Origin: Candidatus Poribacteria bacterium
GTDB lineage: Bacteria > Poribacteria > WGA-4E > PCPOR2b
DNA: 64,000 nt
Direction: 5' to 3'
Assembly (NCBI GenBank): GCA_965198175.1
Contig: OZ240245.1
Coordinates: 2,496,001-2,560,000 of the forward strand
Translations under genes and position numbers: made by a program
Notes under the pieces: generated by a model
What the model saw: only the letters and a program-made list of their open reading frames with translations
Database searches by the model: none
What the model was told of the DNA's origin: nothing
Shown: positions 1 to 10,732 of the stretch, piece after piece
Numbering within the stretch: position 1 is the first letter of the stretch
Layout: every line of letters begins with the position of its first letter

Positions 1-82
1 GCTCGTCAATCGTTGACCGTAAATATTGGGTGTTAGGTGTTCCTAATGCCCAATACCTGTTTTAGAAAGGACTTAATAACGT

Positions 83-1144
83 ATGGAAGAATGGAAACGT
101 CTAGTTCGGGATTCCGTGAACACTCCCGATAAGCTTGCTGCCATTTTCGATGTCGACATCGAAGAGATGCGGCGCGTTCACGAAGTATTTCCAATTCGCA
201 TTAATCCCTACTATTTGAGCCTGATTGAGAAGCCCGGGGATCCGATTTGGAAGCAAGTTGTTCCGGATCCAAAAGAGCTTATCAGATCAGGCGTTGAAGA
301 GGATGACCCCCTCCATGAGGAGGACGATAGTGAGGTCCCCAATGTTACGCATCGGTATCCGGACCGCGCCTTGTTTTATGTCAACTACATGTGCCCGATC
401 TACTGCCGATTTTGCACCCGGAAACGCAAAGTTGGCGACCCAGATTCGATTCCAGATGGAAGTATTGAGATGGGCTTGCAGTATCTCCGCGAACACGCTG
501 AGGTGCACGATGTAATCATATCCGGTGGCGATCCGCTCATGCTGACTGACCGCAAAATCGATTACATCGTGGGCGGACTCCGTGCAATCGAGCATATTGA
601 AATAATTCGTATCGGCACCCGAGTACCGGTGACCTTGCCGCAACGTATCACGCCTGAGTTATGTGCTATTCTCAAAAAGCACCATCCTTTCTACATCAAC
701 ACGCACTTCAACCATCCTCGAGAAATCACGCCAGAAACTACGGAGGCATGCGAAAGGCTGGCTGATGCTGGTATACCGCTCGGCAATCAGTGTGTGCTGC
801 TTCGGGGCGTCAACGACGATCCAGCAGTCATGGTCGAGTTGATGAAGAATCTCCTTAAAATCCGTGTGAAGCCCTACTATATCTATCAGGCAGATCTCGT
901 TTATGGAACCGATCACTTCCGCACATCCGTCAAAAAAGGATTTGAGATTATCGCTGCGTTGCGCGGGCATATCTCTGGGCTCGGAGTGCCGCATTATGTG
1001 ATTGACGCCCCCGGCGGCGGCGGTAAAATTGCGCTTATCCCGAACTCAATTGTGTCGTTCGATGATGAAGAAATCAAACTCAGGAACTACGAAGGCAACG
1101 TATATCGTTATCCAAGTACGCCGTTCTACGACGAGGACTGGTAG
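83..1144 (+). CDS. kamA: KamA-family radical SAM protein (lysine 2,3-aminomutase-like)
   Basis: THRYPDR, CPIYCRFCTRKR, SGGDPL, IRIGTRVP, THFNHPRE and DAPGGGGK motifs. SD GAAAGGA upstream. Substrate is not determinable from sequence. Confidence 0.85.
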   Translation: MEEWKRLVRDSVNTPDKLAAIFDVDIEEMRRVHEVFPIRINPYYLSLIEKPGDPIWKQVVPDPKELIRSGVEEDDPLHEEDDSEVPNVTHRYPDRALFYVNYMCPIYCRFCTRKRKVGDPDSIPDGSIEMGLQYLREHAEVHDVIISGGDPLMLTDRKIDYIVGGLRAIEHIEIIRIGTRVPVTLPQRITPELCAILKKHHPFYINTHFNHPREITPETTEACERLADAGIPLGNQCVLLRGVNDDPAVMVELMKNLLKIRVKPYYIYQADLVYGTDHFRTSVKKGFEIIAALRGHISGLGVPHYVIDAPGGGGKIALIPNSIVSFDDEEIKLRNYEGNVYRYPSTPFYDEDW

Positions 1145-1262
1145 AAGCTTATCCGTAACAAATACACATACGCATGAAGGTCAAAGGTAAGATGCATTTA
1201 TTGACAAGGAGCAATTATCTAGGTTTCGCGTGGACGCCTGATAACTTAAGGAGTAGGTTATC

Positions 1263-2882
1263 TTGACCAAGCTGCAAATTCGACCGATGGTCATTATCAT
1301 TCGCGATGGCTGGGGCTGCAACCCCTATCCGGAATGGAACAAAGCAAACGCCGTTTATCTCGCCAAAACACCGGTCGAAAATCAGCTTATGAAGGAATAT
1401 CCGCATGCGTTAATCCGCACGTCAGGCGAAGATGTCGGTGTACCAGCGGGGGTCATCGGAAATAGCGAGGCAGGTCACCTGAACATTGCAGCGGGGCGGA
1501 TTGTGAATCAAGAAATTTTACGAATCAGCGAAATGGTCCGCTCCGGTAAGCTCTCAAAAAACAAAACGTTGATCGCTGCCATGAACCACGTCAAAGAACG
1601 CGGCAGCTACCTTCACCTTATAGGGCTGGCAAGCAACGCCAGTGTGCATAGTACAATAGAGCATCTTTACAGCTTGCTCGCGTTAGCAAAAGAAACAGGT
1701 GTCTCCGCTAATCGTGTGCTTGTTCACAACTTTGCCGATGGTCGCGACAGCCCACCGACTAGCGGCATTGACTTCTGCCGACAGATAGAGGCAAAACTGA
1801 AGGAAATTAGCGTCGGACGAGTTGCTTCAGTTGTTGGTCGATACTATGCCATGGACCGTGACGACCGTTGGGAACGTGTGGAAATGGCTTACCGCCTTCT
1901 GACTGAGGGCTATGGACATCGTGCCAAGTCTGCGGCAGAAGCCTATCAACGTTACTACAATCATCCAACTGAGAGGAATCGTACTGGGGACGAGTTCATC
2001 GAGCCGACAGTTATCACAGACGATCGCGGTCATCCTCTGCCTTGCGTCTGTGATGATGATGCGGTTATCTTTTACAACTTCCGTGGTGACAGACCGCGGG
2101 AGCTCTGTAAGGCATTCTGCCTCACAGAATTTCCGTTTGAAGGAGTCGGGAAAGATGGCGTGATTCGGAAAATGGGTTTTGAACGTAGGAAGAAACCGGA
2201 AATCGAGTTTGTTACGATGACCCAATACGAAAAGGGGCTCCCAGTTGCCGTGGCACTGCCAAAGCCGCCCAAGATGCACAACATTTTGGGCGCCTACGCT
2301 AGCGATATAGGATTGGCGCAGTTTCGTTGCGCCGAAACCGAGAAATTTCCACACGTCACCCTCATGTTTAACGACTACCGCGACGAACCGTTTGATCGAG
2401 AAGATCGTCAGCTCATTCCATCGCCGCGCAATGTGTCGACCTACGATCAAAAACCCGAAATGTCCGCTCCCGAAGTTACTCAGGAAGTGCTTCGTCGTAT
2501 TGAATCGGACAGATACGACTTAATCATCCTCAACTACGCAAATGGTGATATGGTCGGTCATACAGGATCGCTTCCAGCCGCAATCAAAGCGGTGGAAACA
2601 GTAGACGCGTGCGTCGGCAAGGTGATTGATGCAGTGATAAACAAAGGCGGTTCATTAATCGTGACCGCAGATCACGGCAACTGCGAACAGATGATTCATC
2701 CCGAAACCGGGGCGCCGCACACAGCGCATACAATGTATGACGTCGCCTTCATCGTTGTCGATAATCGCTTTAAGGGGCGCCAACTGAAGACCGACGGCAG
2801 ACTTGCGGATGTTGCTCCGACCGCGTTAAAACTGCTCGGTTTGAATCAGCCCTCCGAAATGACCGGGCAATCGCTAATTTGA
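1263..2882 (+). CDS. gpmI: 2,3-bisphosphoglycerate-independent phosphoglycerate mutase
   Basis: DGWG, GNSEAGH, DGRD, GRYYAMDRD, AETEKFPHVT, DMVGHTG and TADHGN motifs. TTG start after AGGAG. Confidence 0.95.
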   Translation: MTKLQIRPMVIIIRDGWGCNPYPEWNKANAVYLAKTPVENQLMKEYPHALIRTSGEDVGVPAGVIGNSEAGHLNIAAGRIVNQEILRISEMVRSGKLSKNKTLIAAMNHVKERGSYLHLIGLASNASVHSTIEHLYSLLALAKETGVSANRVLVHNFADGRDSPPTSGIDFCRQIEAKLKEISVGRVASVVGRYYAMDRDDRWERVEMAYRLLTEGYGHRAKSAAEAYQRYYNHPTERNRTGDEFIEPTVITDDRGHPLPCVCDDDAVIFYNFRGDRPRELCKAFCLTEFPFEGVGKDGVIRKMGFERRKKPEIEFVTMTQYEKGLPVAVALPKPPKMHNILGAYASDIGLAQFRCAETEKFPHVTLMFNDYRDEPFDREDRQLIPSPRNVSTYDQKPEMSAPEVTQEVLRRIESDRYDLIILNYANGDMVGHTGSLPAAIKAVETVDACVGKVIDAVINKGGSLIVTADHGNCEQMIHPETGAPHTAHTMYDVAFIVVDNRFKGRQLKTDGRLADVAPTALKLLGLNQPSEMTGQSLI

Positions 2883-2885
2883 TGT

Positions 2886-4019
2886 TTGGCGTCGCCCATA
2901 ATCCCTCACGATCGAACAGTAAACCCAGCGTATCGCAGTGTGCCCAACAACATGATGCACATCCCGCTAATCACAACGACTGGACGGACAGATCAAAACC
3001 CGGGAGATACCTTCGTCGGCGTGGGGCTTCAGTACCTTTTCGAAAAGGTGTTGGGTCCTCAAGTGTGGGTGCTCATTGACCGCTTCAGCCCAAACGGGTT
3101 CCGGAACCATGAAGATTTGGTCCGAAGTGCGCCTTTTCTCGTCTATGGTGGGATGCCGCAATATAATAACTACGACGACTGGAAGCACTGGTACGACGAT
3201 GCCATGTGGCGCGATTTTATCATTCGCTGGAGACTAAAAATCTTCACCATGGCGGGTGGAGCCGGTTTTTCGCACTCAAACATCAGTCTCAATGAGTATG
3301 TCGCACACTGCATGCGGAGTAATAAAACAGAGCGGATTATTCGTCAGCGGGTTGGACCGAGTCTCTGCTTCACCGTCCGCGATGTGTATGCGCATGCCTT
3401 GCTGAATACCCTCAACATACCGAATAACCACCTACCGTGTCCTTCGATCTGGGCAACCAAGATGTGGCAGATTGAACCGACGCAAGACCGACCGTATTTG
3501 CTGTTGGTGCCGCCATCAATCCGCCATGCCCCAAAGCGGGCTGATGGCAAACGTCTCCCCCGCCGTAGAAGACGCGAACTGTTCGCATCGCAGTGGAAGG
3601 GCTTCTATACAGCGCTCAAGGAAAGCGGTCACAACGTTAAGACAATCTGTCACGGCTATAGGGAACATACCGCCCTCCGCGATGCCATTCCCCCCGACGA
3701 TCTCTGGTATCATGGTGATTGCTACACGCTGTTACGCCAATATGCGTCCGCACACACCGTTGTATCAGCACGGCTTCACGGGAGCCTCCCCGCCTATGGG
3801 CTTTGCGGAACGCGGGTATTGAATATCTCCGTAGACGTTCGCGGTACTGCTGTTCAAATCTTTCCCAAAATTCGAGACCTCCAGGTCGGCAACGCTAGTC
3901 CGGAAATACTTCTGTCCACAATCGCCGAACTCGAACCCTCCGAACCGGCGGATCTGCACCCCTGGGAAAGGCAGTATCAGGAGATCATTCAAACCGCACT
4001 GCCCAATGACGTTAGTTAG
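2886..4019 (+). CDS. Polysaccharide pyruvyl transferase-family protein
   Basis: NPGD near the N-terminus, TVRD and SARLHG motifs. Start is uncertain. Confidence 0.65.
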   Translation: MASPIIPHDRTVNPAYRSVPNNMMHIPLITTTGRTDQNPGDTFVGVGLQYLFEKVLGPQVWVLIDRFSPNGFRNHEDLVRSAPFLVYGGMPQYNNYDDWKHWYDDAMWRDFIIRWRLKIFTMAGGAGFSHSNISLNEYVAHCMRSNKTERIIRQRVGPSLCFTVRDVYAHALLNTLNIPNNHLPCPSIWATKMWQIEPTQDRPYLLLVPPSIRHAPKRADGKRLPRRRRRELFASQWKGFYTALKESGHNVKTICHGYREHTALRDAIPPDDLWYHGDCYTLLRQYASAHTVVSARLHGSLPAYGLCGTRVLNISVDVRGTAVQIFPKIRDLQVGNASPEILLSTIAELEPSEPADLHPWERQYQEIIQTALPNDVS

Positions 4020-4751
4020 CTAACACCTTTCAGTGTCGGTGTTCCTCCCAAACCGTCAATTGTCAAAAGCCATCTCAATCCTCCGACGTTCATCATCTAC
4101 TTCTCTTTGAGAGAGCCTAAATCTAAACTTATGAGAGAAGATATTTTGTGCATCTCTGGTTCCGGAAGATTTGTCCTGTGGATGGCGTGGGCGTGTGCCC
4201 GTTTTCGACATTGATGCTGAGACAACAGGTGTAGACGACGCAACCGACGCCACCAAACCGCGGCTCCCGTCCATCCACGCCCACTTGAAGCTTTTTTCTT
4301 GACATCATAGATGCACCGTTGGTATAGTCATTATCAGTATTTGTCTGGAGAATCAGCGGCTCGGCTATGGCGTAATTGACATTTCTCCAATCTTCGATGA
4401 CCTTAGCTACTCCCTGACTGTTGTCAATTCTGTAGATGCGCCCGTGTTTCCAAATCCGAACAAGCACTATACAACCGAATACACAAACCCAACGCTTACG
4501 ATTGCGTCGAAGGATATCAGGCAGCCTCCTATTGATAAACAAACGCTTCATTAAAGTCACACTGATTGATATTATTGCTGCCATTATTGGTCTCGCCGTT
4601 TTTGAGTGGTTTGACCACACAACTCGCCCCAGTCTCCTTTTTATATGTCTTGGCTCGTGTTTCTATTTGTTTTCATTGTGGTTGGCGGTGTGGCAATCGT
4701 TTTAATCGACATCTCCTCGACTCCGACAAAGACGACAAATAGGCAATTATC

Positions 4752-5114
4752 ATGTTCGTCTATCTATGCTCTTCCATCATCTTTAGTCTTTTGGTTATCG
4801 GACGGTTATCCACAGTATCACTGCCGGCAAGTATCATTGCAGCAATAGTTTATACCGGCGTTGGTGCGCCGTGTGTGTGGAGACTCCTATCGTGGTTGAA
4901 AAGTAGCACAACATGCTACGAGCGTTTTATTACTGGAGTGCTCTCTTTCGAGAGTGCGTGCCTTCTTTACCAATATCTGACCGATAGCCGTGCCTTCGCA
5001 CGTATCTTGAATCCTGTATTCTATCCTATTTTCGAGTGGACTGTCATAGTGATAGTGGTCCTTACTTGTGTGAATTGCGTCTATTTAGTACGACGAAAAG
5101 TGAGGCGGCAATGA
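4752..5114 (+). CDS. Hypothetical membrane protein
   Basis: 120 aa with about 4 hydrophobic segments. ATGA overlap with the next ORF. Confidence 0.45.
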   Translation: MFVYLCSSIIFSLLVIGRLSTVSLPASIIAAIVYTGVGAPCVWRLLSWLKSSTTCYERFITGVLSFESACLLYQYLTDSRAFARILNPVFYPIFEWTVIVIVVLTCVNCVYLVRRKVRRQ

Positions 5115-5422
5115 AGATTATGATGACCGTCATCTTGTGTGCTGCTATTGTAATAGCAACGATTCGTTACACCAGGCTTGACGCGGGTCTATACGGCGAT
5201 GCGATGAGATATAATGCGATGACAGACTCACAACGGTTTGAATACTGGACTCGAATGCAACCCACAATCAAAGAAGCAATGAATTGGTTGAGGACTGTGG
5301 TTGACGATTCTGAACTTGTAAATGAAATCGAAGAATGGCTCAATGTTGAATACGAAAGAATGACAAAACAACTCGAGGGCGCAAAAAAGTCGAGCGTACC
5401 CGCGCCCGGCGATAACCCTTAA
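5111..5422 (+). CDS. Hypothetical exported protein
   Basis: Signal-peptide-like start MKIMMTVILCAAIVIA. Coupled to the upstream stop. Confidence 0.55.
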   Translation: MKIMMTVILCAAIVIATIRYTRLDAGLYGDAMRYNAMTDSQRFEYWTRMQPTIKEAMNWLRTVVDDSELVNEIEEWLNVEYERMTKQLEGAKKSSVPAPGDNP

Positions 5423-5440
5423 AAACATAGGAGATTCAAG

Positions 5441-5908
5441 ATGAGTAATGACTCGAACGTTCTGTTATTTATTTCTATAAAGATAGAGATTGGTGATGGC
5501 CCGAAAACCATTCGTATAAGACCCGCGGCGATGGAGATTAAAGAACGCTGGACGGAATATGGACGAGAGCTTTGTTTCTCTGATATAAAGCAAAGACCAG
5601 GGGCGAAGCGGATTCGTGACCTCTTGAAGGATGAAGGAAATTACCTTTACGTTTATCCCGATCCCGGAAGAAGTCGCCCAGAAATCACATTGGAGTCAAT
5701 ATTTACAACCACAGGGACAATGCCAGATACTGTATTAGGTAACATTCCTGATGAAATCAAAGACTATAAATGCGATTTAGCTGCTCAATGTGTGCTTGAT
5801 GAGGTTGAAAATAAAGGGCACCAAGAAGCTGAAGAATATCTTAATATAAGGATTCAGATAGTATCAGACAATGAGATAATCTTAACGCCTTATGATGACA
5901 ACTCCTAA
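5441..5908 (+). CDS. Hypothetical protein
   Basis: 155-aa ORF with SD AGGAG. Confidence 0.65.
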   Translation: MSNDSNVLLFISIKIEIGDGPKTIRIRPAAMEIKERWTEYGRELCFSDIKQRPGAKRIRDLLKDEGNYLYVYPDPGRSRPEITLESIFTTTGTMPDTVLGNIPDEIKDYKCDLAAQCVLDEVENKGHQEAEEYLNIRIQIVSDNEIILTPYDDNS

Positions 5909-5964
5909 CATTGTCCATCGGACAATGTTTACTCGTGATAACTTGAAAGAGGGGAGGTGTACAG

Positions 5965-6180
5965 ATGAATTCAGTGCTTGAAAAAACCATAAGACCGTGT
6001 CAGACAATAACCATGAAGGATTCAAAAGGACGTATATCTGACATCGTGCTAGAAAACTCAGGTTTTAAGGTTGGCGATGAAATTGTTATAGAATTTTGGG
6101 ATTCGTACACAATAGACCCAACACCGCCAATACTCCGCATAAAAACTGAAGTAATGGCGAAACATGAATACGATGTTTAA
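5965..6180 (+). CDS. Small protein, possibly AbrB/SymE-like fold
   Basis: Strong SD GGGAGGT. LENSGFKVGDEIVIE resembles the SymE/AbrB GFxxGDxV pattern. Confidence 0.5.
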   Translation: MNSVLEKTIRPCQTITMKDSKGRISDIVLENSGFKVGDEIVIEFWDSYTIDPTPPILRIKTEVMAKHEYDV

Positions 6181-6389
6181 CAACAAGATTAACTAAGGGT
6201 TGTGCCCCCTTTAATATGGCGGCACGCTCAATAGGGTATTTAGAGAGTCTGACATGTGCCTGCCCTTTCGCCCGCGGAGCAACGCCGCCTCTCCTATGAC
6301 GGGACACTCAGTGTTTAAAGGGGCAGACTAGTCCGCTGCCCCACCATGTGGCGCTGGGCCCGTCACCACTTTCCACAAGGAGATTAAAA

Positions 6390-6803
6390 ATGACATTCGA
6401 TATTTTACAAGAACAATTGAATGATGCAAATGAAAAATTAGACATATTTGTTGGTAAGATTTGTGCACTAAATAGGGACGACTACACGCATCTTTCCGCA
6501 GACTCTGGCAGGAGCGGTATCGATGATATTGTGGATAATGTGAAGTACCTAAAGAATAGCCTTAAGGATATGGTCGATATGACAATAACTAACAAACCTG
6601 ATTCAGGTCTCGATCTATCAGATGCAATTGAGCAACAGATTGGCCACGTCAGGGAGGCAATTCAATTGATTAAAGCAAACGTGAAGCAAATCCATCGCCT
6701 CGAACGAGAGAGGTGGTCCGCGCAATGTTCCATTGATAAGTTAATTTGCTCATTAGAAGAACACCTATCTACAACTCGCCCACACTTAACCTCTGCCACG
6801 TGA
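6390..6803 (+). CDS. Hypothetical coiled-coil protein
   Basis: SD AAGGAG before ATG 6390. Helical, heptad-like composition. Confidence 0.6.
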   Translation: MTFDILQEQLNDANEKLDIFVGKICALNRDDYTHLSADSGRSGIDDIVDNVKYLKNSLKDMVDMTITNKPDSGLDLSDAIEQQIGHVREAIQLIKANVKQIHRLERERWSAQCSIDKLICSLEEHLSTTRPHLTSAT

Positions 6804-7198
6804 CGAAGTACTGCGTATCTTGGAGTCAGGTCAATATTTACCTCCCACTCTTTGTTTAACATTTTTTGCAGTTTTTTTTGCGCACATTCTACTCATATTT
6901 CAATGGGTTTGGCGTAATGCAACGGAGGTTGACGGTGAAAAGTAGTTATCTCGCACTTGGAGTTGTTGGATTGATTGTAGGATGTGTAGTAGCATGGTTT
7001 GCCGCGTATAGCGAGTTGCATATGATTGACGATGCGATTGCATACTATCTGTTGCAGTTTATTGAGTTGTTTCTTTAAGGAGAATTCACGTTGTTCATTT
7101 GTGCTCTTTACAGTGAATCTCCTTGCGAGCGAGCTAAGAAGCAGGAGGGCTTATTGAGGATCGTAGTAGGTAAACCGAAGATGAGGTTGCGGCATTAA

Positions 7199-8440
7199 CT
7201 AAGCGCATGCCAATCGCTGTCGCAATGCAGAGATGCGTTGAAGCACGGGTGGGTGGCTGTAGTTTAGAAACACAGTCAAGGCGTGAGGCGTGAGGTTTCC
7301 GAGGTTGGCGACCGACAAGTTCTTCAGCGCTAAAATCAGGGGTTCCGCCGAACCGGTCGTCTCGGCTGCAAACGTATCGGCTTCATATTCGTGCTTACGA
7401 GATATGGCGTTCATGAGGACAGAAAGAATCAATTCAATCGGCGAATACAGAATAGAAAAAAATACAAGACCCGCGTAGACAGAAACCGCTTCCATTCGAA
7501 ACGCATCAAAAAGCCCCCGGTTATCCATAAAGAGGGACAGGAGAAATAGCAGAATACCCGTATGGACAATGGATAATATCATGCCCTTCAGGATATGTCT
7601 TCTCTTATAATGACCAACCTCGTGAGCGATGATGGCGACCATCTCCTCAATAGAATGCTTTTCCATCAGCGTGTCGAAGAGTGCAATCCGCTTCTTGATA
7701 AAGCCGCTGAAATAGGCGTTGGAATGTGCCGAACGCCTCGACCCATCCATGACACAAATCTCTTTGAGGGCGAATCCCACCTTTTCCGCGTACTGCTGAA
7801 TGACGCTTTTCAGTTCACTATCTTCCAGGGGTGTAAACTTGTTGAACAGCGGTGCAATGACTGTTGTAAACAGCGGTTGAGCAATGATGATGAAAAACGA
7901 CACAAATCCCCAGGCATACAGCCATGCATAGGCGCCGGTTTTCTCAAAGAAGAACAGTAGGCCTCCCAGTAAAATAGAACCTAAAATGATAACCAAACAG
8001 TAGCTTTTGACCTTATCTAGCACATACACCTTTGCGGTCATCTTATTGAATCCAAATCGTTCTTCAATGACAAAATTGCTGTAGAGAACGAACGGAATCG
8101 AGATGATGTCTTGTGCAAAATAGAGTAATCCGAAGAAGACCAGACCTGTAAGAATCGGGGCTAGTTCGAGTCCCCGCGCGAACTCATCTACTAGGTTGAA
8201 TCCGCCCAGCACAATGAAGGCGGCAATCAATATCAAATCAAACGTAGAAGAAACATACGCAAATTTCGCCTGCGCCCTGGTGTACTCCTGTGACTGGCTG
8301 TATTTCTCTTCGTCATAAAATCCGCTAAATTCATCGGGCAACGTTTTATCCAGCGATTTCAGGTTTAGATAGCGCGCTACACTGCGGAGTACAAATCCTC
8401 CAATTAGTGCAATAAGTATAATAGCTAGGTATATGTTCAT
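7199..8440 (-). CDS. M48-family (Ste24-like) membrane zinc metallopeptidase
   Basis: Multiple TM helices, DGSRRSAHSNAY, HEVGH, HEYEAD, YSHPP. Confidence 0.93.
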   Translation of the reverse strand: MNIYLAIILIALIGGFVLRSVARYLNLKSLDKTLPDEFSGFYDEEKYSQSQEYTRAQAKFAYVSSTFDLILIAAFIVLGGFNLVDEFARGLELAPILTGLVFFGLLYFAQDIISIPFVLYSNFVIEERFGFNKMTAKVYVLDKVKSYCLVIILGSILLGGLLFFFEKTGAYAWLYAWGFVSFFIIIAQPLFTTVIAPLFNKFTPLEDSELKSVIQQYAEKVGFALKEICVMDGSRRSAHSNAYFSGFIKKRIALFDTLMEKHSIEEMVAIIAHEVGHYKRRHILKGMILSIVHTGILLFLLSLFMDNRGLFDAFRMEAVSVYAGLVFFSILYSPIELILSVLMNAISRKHEYEADTFAAETTGSAEPLILALKNLSVANLGNLTPHALTVFLNYSHPPVLQRISALRQRLACA

Positions 8441-8632
8441 ATAACTGTCTCGTTTTCCTCTAAAATAGCTGTTTTTTGCACCGCTAGTGATCGATTCAAT
8501 CCTACCATTCTACCAGAAAAGCAATGAGGAATCAATACCCTTTTGCAATTGTCTTTTAACACTTGCCGTGATATACTTCCTTTGAAAGAAGAGGGTTGCA
8601 GCGGAACATACTCAATCGAATGAGGGACCTAC

Positions 8633-10711
8633 ATGGCACGGGAATACCCAATTGAACGGGTGCGTAATATTGGTATCATGGCGCACATCGACGCCGGCAA
8701 AACGACGACAACAGAGCGGATTTTATTCTACACGGGCAAAAAACACAAGATCGGCAAAGTAGATGACGGCACGGCTGAGATGGATTGGATGGTTCAGGAA
8801 CGCGAACATGGCATCACTATTACGGCTGCTGCCACGACCTGCTTCTGGCATGATCACGCCATCCATCTGATCGACACACCAGGTCACGTCGATTTCACTG
8901 TTGAAGTCGAGCGTTCACTCCGGGTGCTCGACGGAGCCATCGCTCTATTTTGCGCCGTTGGCGGTGTTGAGCCCCAGTCCGAAACAGTTTGGCATCAGGC
9001 GGATCGATATCGCATTCCTCGCATCGCCTTCGTAAACAAGATGGATCGGGTCGGCGCGAATTTCTCGCGTGTTATTAAGATGATGAAAGAGGTACTGGAT
9101 GCTAAACCCCTGTTAACTCAACTGCCAATCGGATCTGACAGCCAGTTTTCCGGTGTGATAGATCTCATCCGAATGAAAACTATCCGCTGGAATATCGACG
9201 ATCAAGGGTCGACATTTGATTCAGAGAACATTCTTCCGGAACTACAATCAGAAGCCCAAGAGGCACGAGAGGCGATGATTGAGGTTATCGCCGGTGAGGA
9301 TGACATCCTGCTTGAGAAATACATCGAAGGTGACGAAATTACAGAAGCTGAATTGCTAAATGGGATACGCAGCGGCACGCTAAAAAACGCATTCTGTCCG
9401 GTTTTATGCGGGGCTTCTCTAAAAAACCAAGGCGTGCAGCCGTTGCTTGATGCAGTCATTCACTTTTTGCCTTCGCCGCTTGATGTGCCGCCGATTGAGG
9501 GAATGCTTCCCCGGACAGATGAGCCGGACATCCGCGAAGCAAAAGATAACGCCCCGTTCTCAGCTTTGGCGTTTAAAATCGCAAGCGATCCGAATGTGGA
9601 TAAGATTGTTTACTGTCGAGTCTACTCTGGGACTCTCAAGCGCGGTGATGTGCTCTACAACGTGGCGAAAGATACAAAAGAGCGAGTGTCTCGAATTTTA
9701 GAAATGCACGCCAACAAGCAAGAGGTCTGCGATGAAATGCATGCAGGAGACATCGTGGCACTTGTGGGGTTGAAAAATACTGCTACCGGTGACACGCTGG
9801 CACATGTCGCACATCCGATTTTGCTAGAATCGATAAAATTCCCGGATCCGGTTATCTCCGTCGCCATCGAACCGACATCCCAGAGCGACAAGGACAAACT
9901 GGAAGAGACGCTTCAATTCTTAATGGAGGAGGACCCGACGTTCTCGGTCGCCATTGACAAAGAAACGGGACAGAGAGTAATCTCCGGCATGGGAGAACTT
10001 CATCTAGAAATCTTGACAGATCGAATGATTCGGGAGTTTGGAGTCAACGCGCGCGTCAGTAAGTTACAGGTTGCGTATCGGGAGACAGTCGGTGCGGTTG
10101 CAGAGGCGCAGGGGAAGTATATTCACAAAACGGACGACAAAGGTATATACGGGGATGTTGTGCTTCGGGTCGAGCCACTCACCAGGAAAGAAGGATTTCA
10201 ATTCGTCAATGAGAGTGACGAGGTGCAAATTCCGCGTCAATATGTCCCCGCCATTGAAAGCGCGCTGAAAGGAGCAATGAACAATGGAGTTTTAGCGGGC
10301 GTTCCGATGCAAGATATCAAAGTTGTGCTCACCGGTGGCTCATGCCATGAAACGGATTCATCAGAAATTGGGTTCGAAGCTGCTGCTGTCGTCGCATTTG
10401 AGAATGCGCTCAACAAAGCGCATCCCCTCTTACTAGAGCCCATCATGAAAATTCAAGTCATTGTGCCTAGTGAGTCAATTGGAAAAGTGATTGGCGATCT
10501 CAGCGCACGGCGCGCCCAGATTAACGAAACGGAGAGCCGTGAATCATCAGAAGTTCTCAACGCGTATGTTCCATTAGTGGAAACCTTCCAATATACAACG
10601 AATCTGCGGTCGATGACGCAAGGACGCGGGACGTTCACGATGGAGCTCGCGCATTACGACGTTGTACCCACGAACCTCCGCGATAAGATACTGAATCGAA
10701 ACTGGTTTTAA
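8633..10711 (+). CDS. fusA: Elongation factor G (stand-alone copy)
   Basis: [37 protein letters not shown]. 692 aa. Confidence 0.92.
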   Translation: MAREYPIERVRNIGIMAHIDAGKTTTTERILFYTGKKHKIGKVDDGTAEMDWMVQEREHGITITAAATTCFWHDHAIHLIDTPGHVDFTVEVERSLRVLDGAIALFCAVGGVEPQSETVWHQADRYRIPRIAFVNKMDRVGANFSRVIKMMKEVLDAKPLLTQLPIGSDSQFSGVIDLIRMKTIRWNIDDQGSTFDSENILPELQSEAQEAREAMIEVIAGEDDILLEKYIEGDEITEAELLNGIRSGTLKNAFCPVLCGASLKNQGVQPLLDAVIHFLPSPLDVPPIEGMLPRTDEPDIREAKDNAPFSALAFKIASDPNVDKIVYCRVYSGTLKRGDVLYNVAKDTKERVSRILEMHANKQEVCDEMHAGDIVALVGLKNTATGDTLAHVAHPILLESIKFPDPVISVAIEPTSQSDKDKLEETLQFLMEEDPTFSVAIDKETGQRVISGMGELHLEILTDRMIREFGVNARVSKLQVAYRETVGAVAEAQGKYIHKTDDKGIYGDVVLRVEPLTRKEGFQFVNESDEVQIPRQYVPAIESALKGAMNNGVLAGVPMQDIKVVLTGGSCHETDSSEIGFEAAAVVAFENALNKAHPLLLEPIMKIQVIVPSESIGKVIGDLSARRAQINETESRESSEVLNAYVPLVETFQYTTNLRSMTQGRGTFTMELAHYDVVPTNLRDKILNRNWF

Positions 10712-10732
10712 GATGACAAATCCGGTTGAAGC

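Noticed and set aside
4056..4705. Overlapping short ORFs on both strands as real genes
   Set aside because: No recognisable motifs or SDs, and the coding frame cannot be chosen.
4020..7100. Integron cassette array
   Set aside because: No intI, and no repeated attC-length RYYYAAC...GTTRRRY structures were found by eye.
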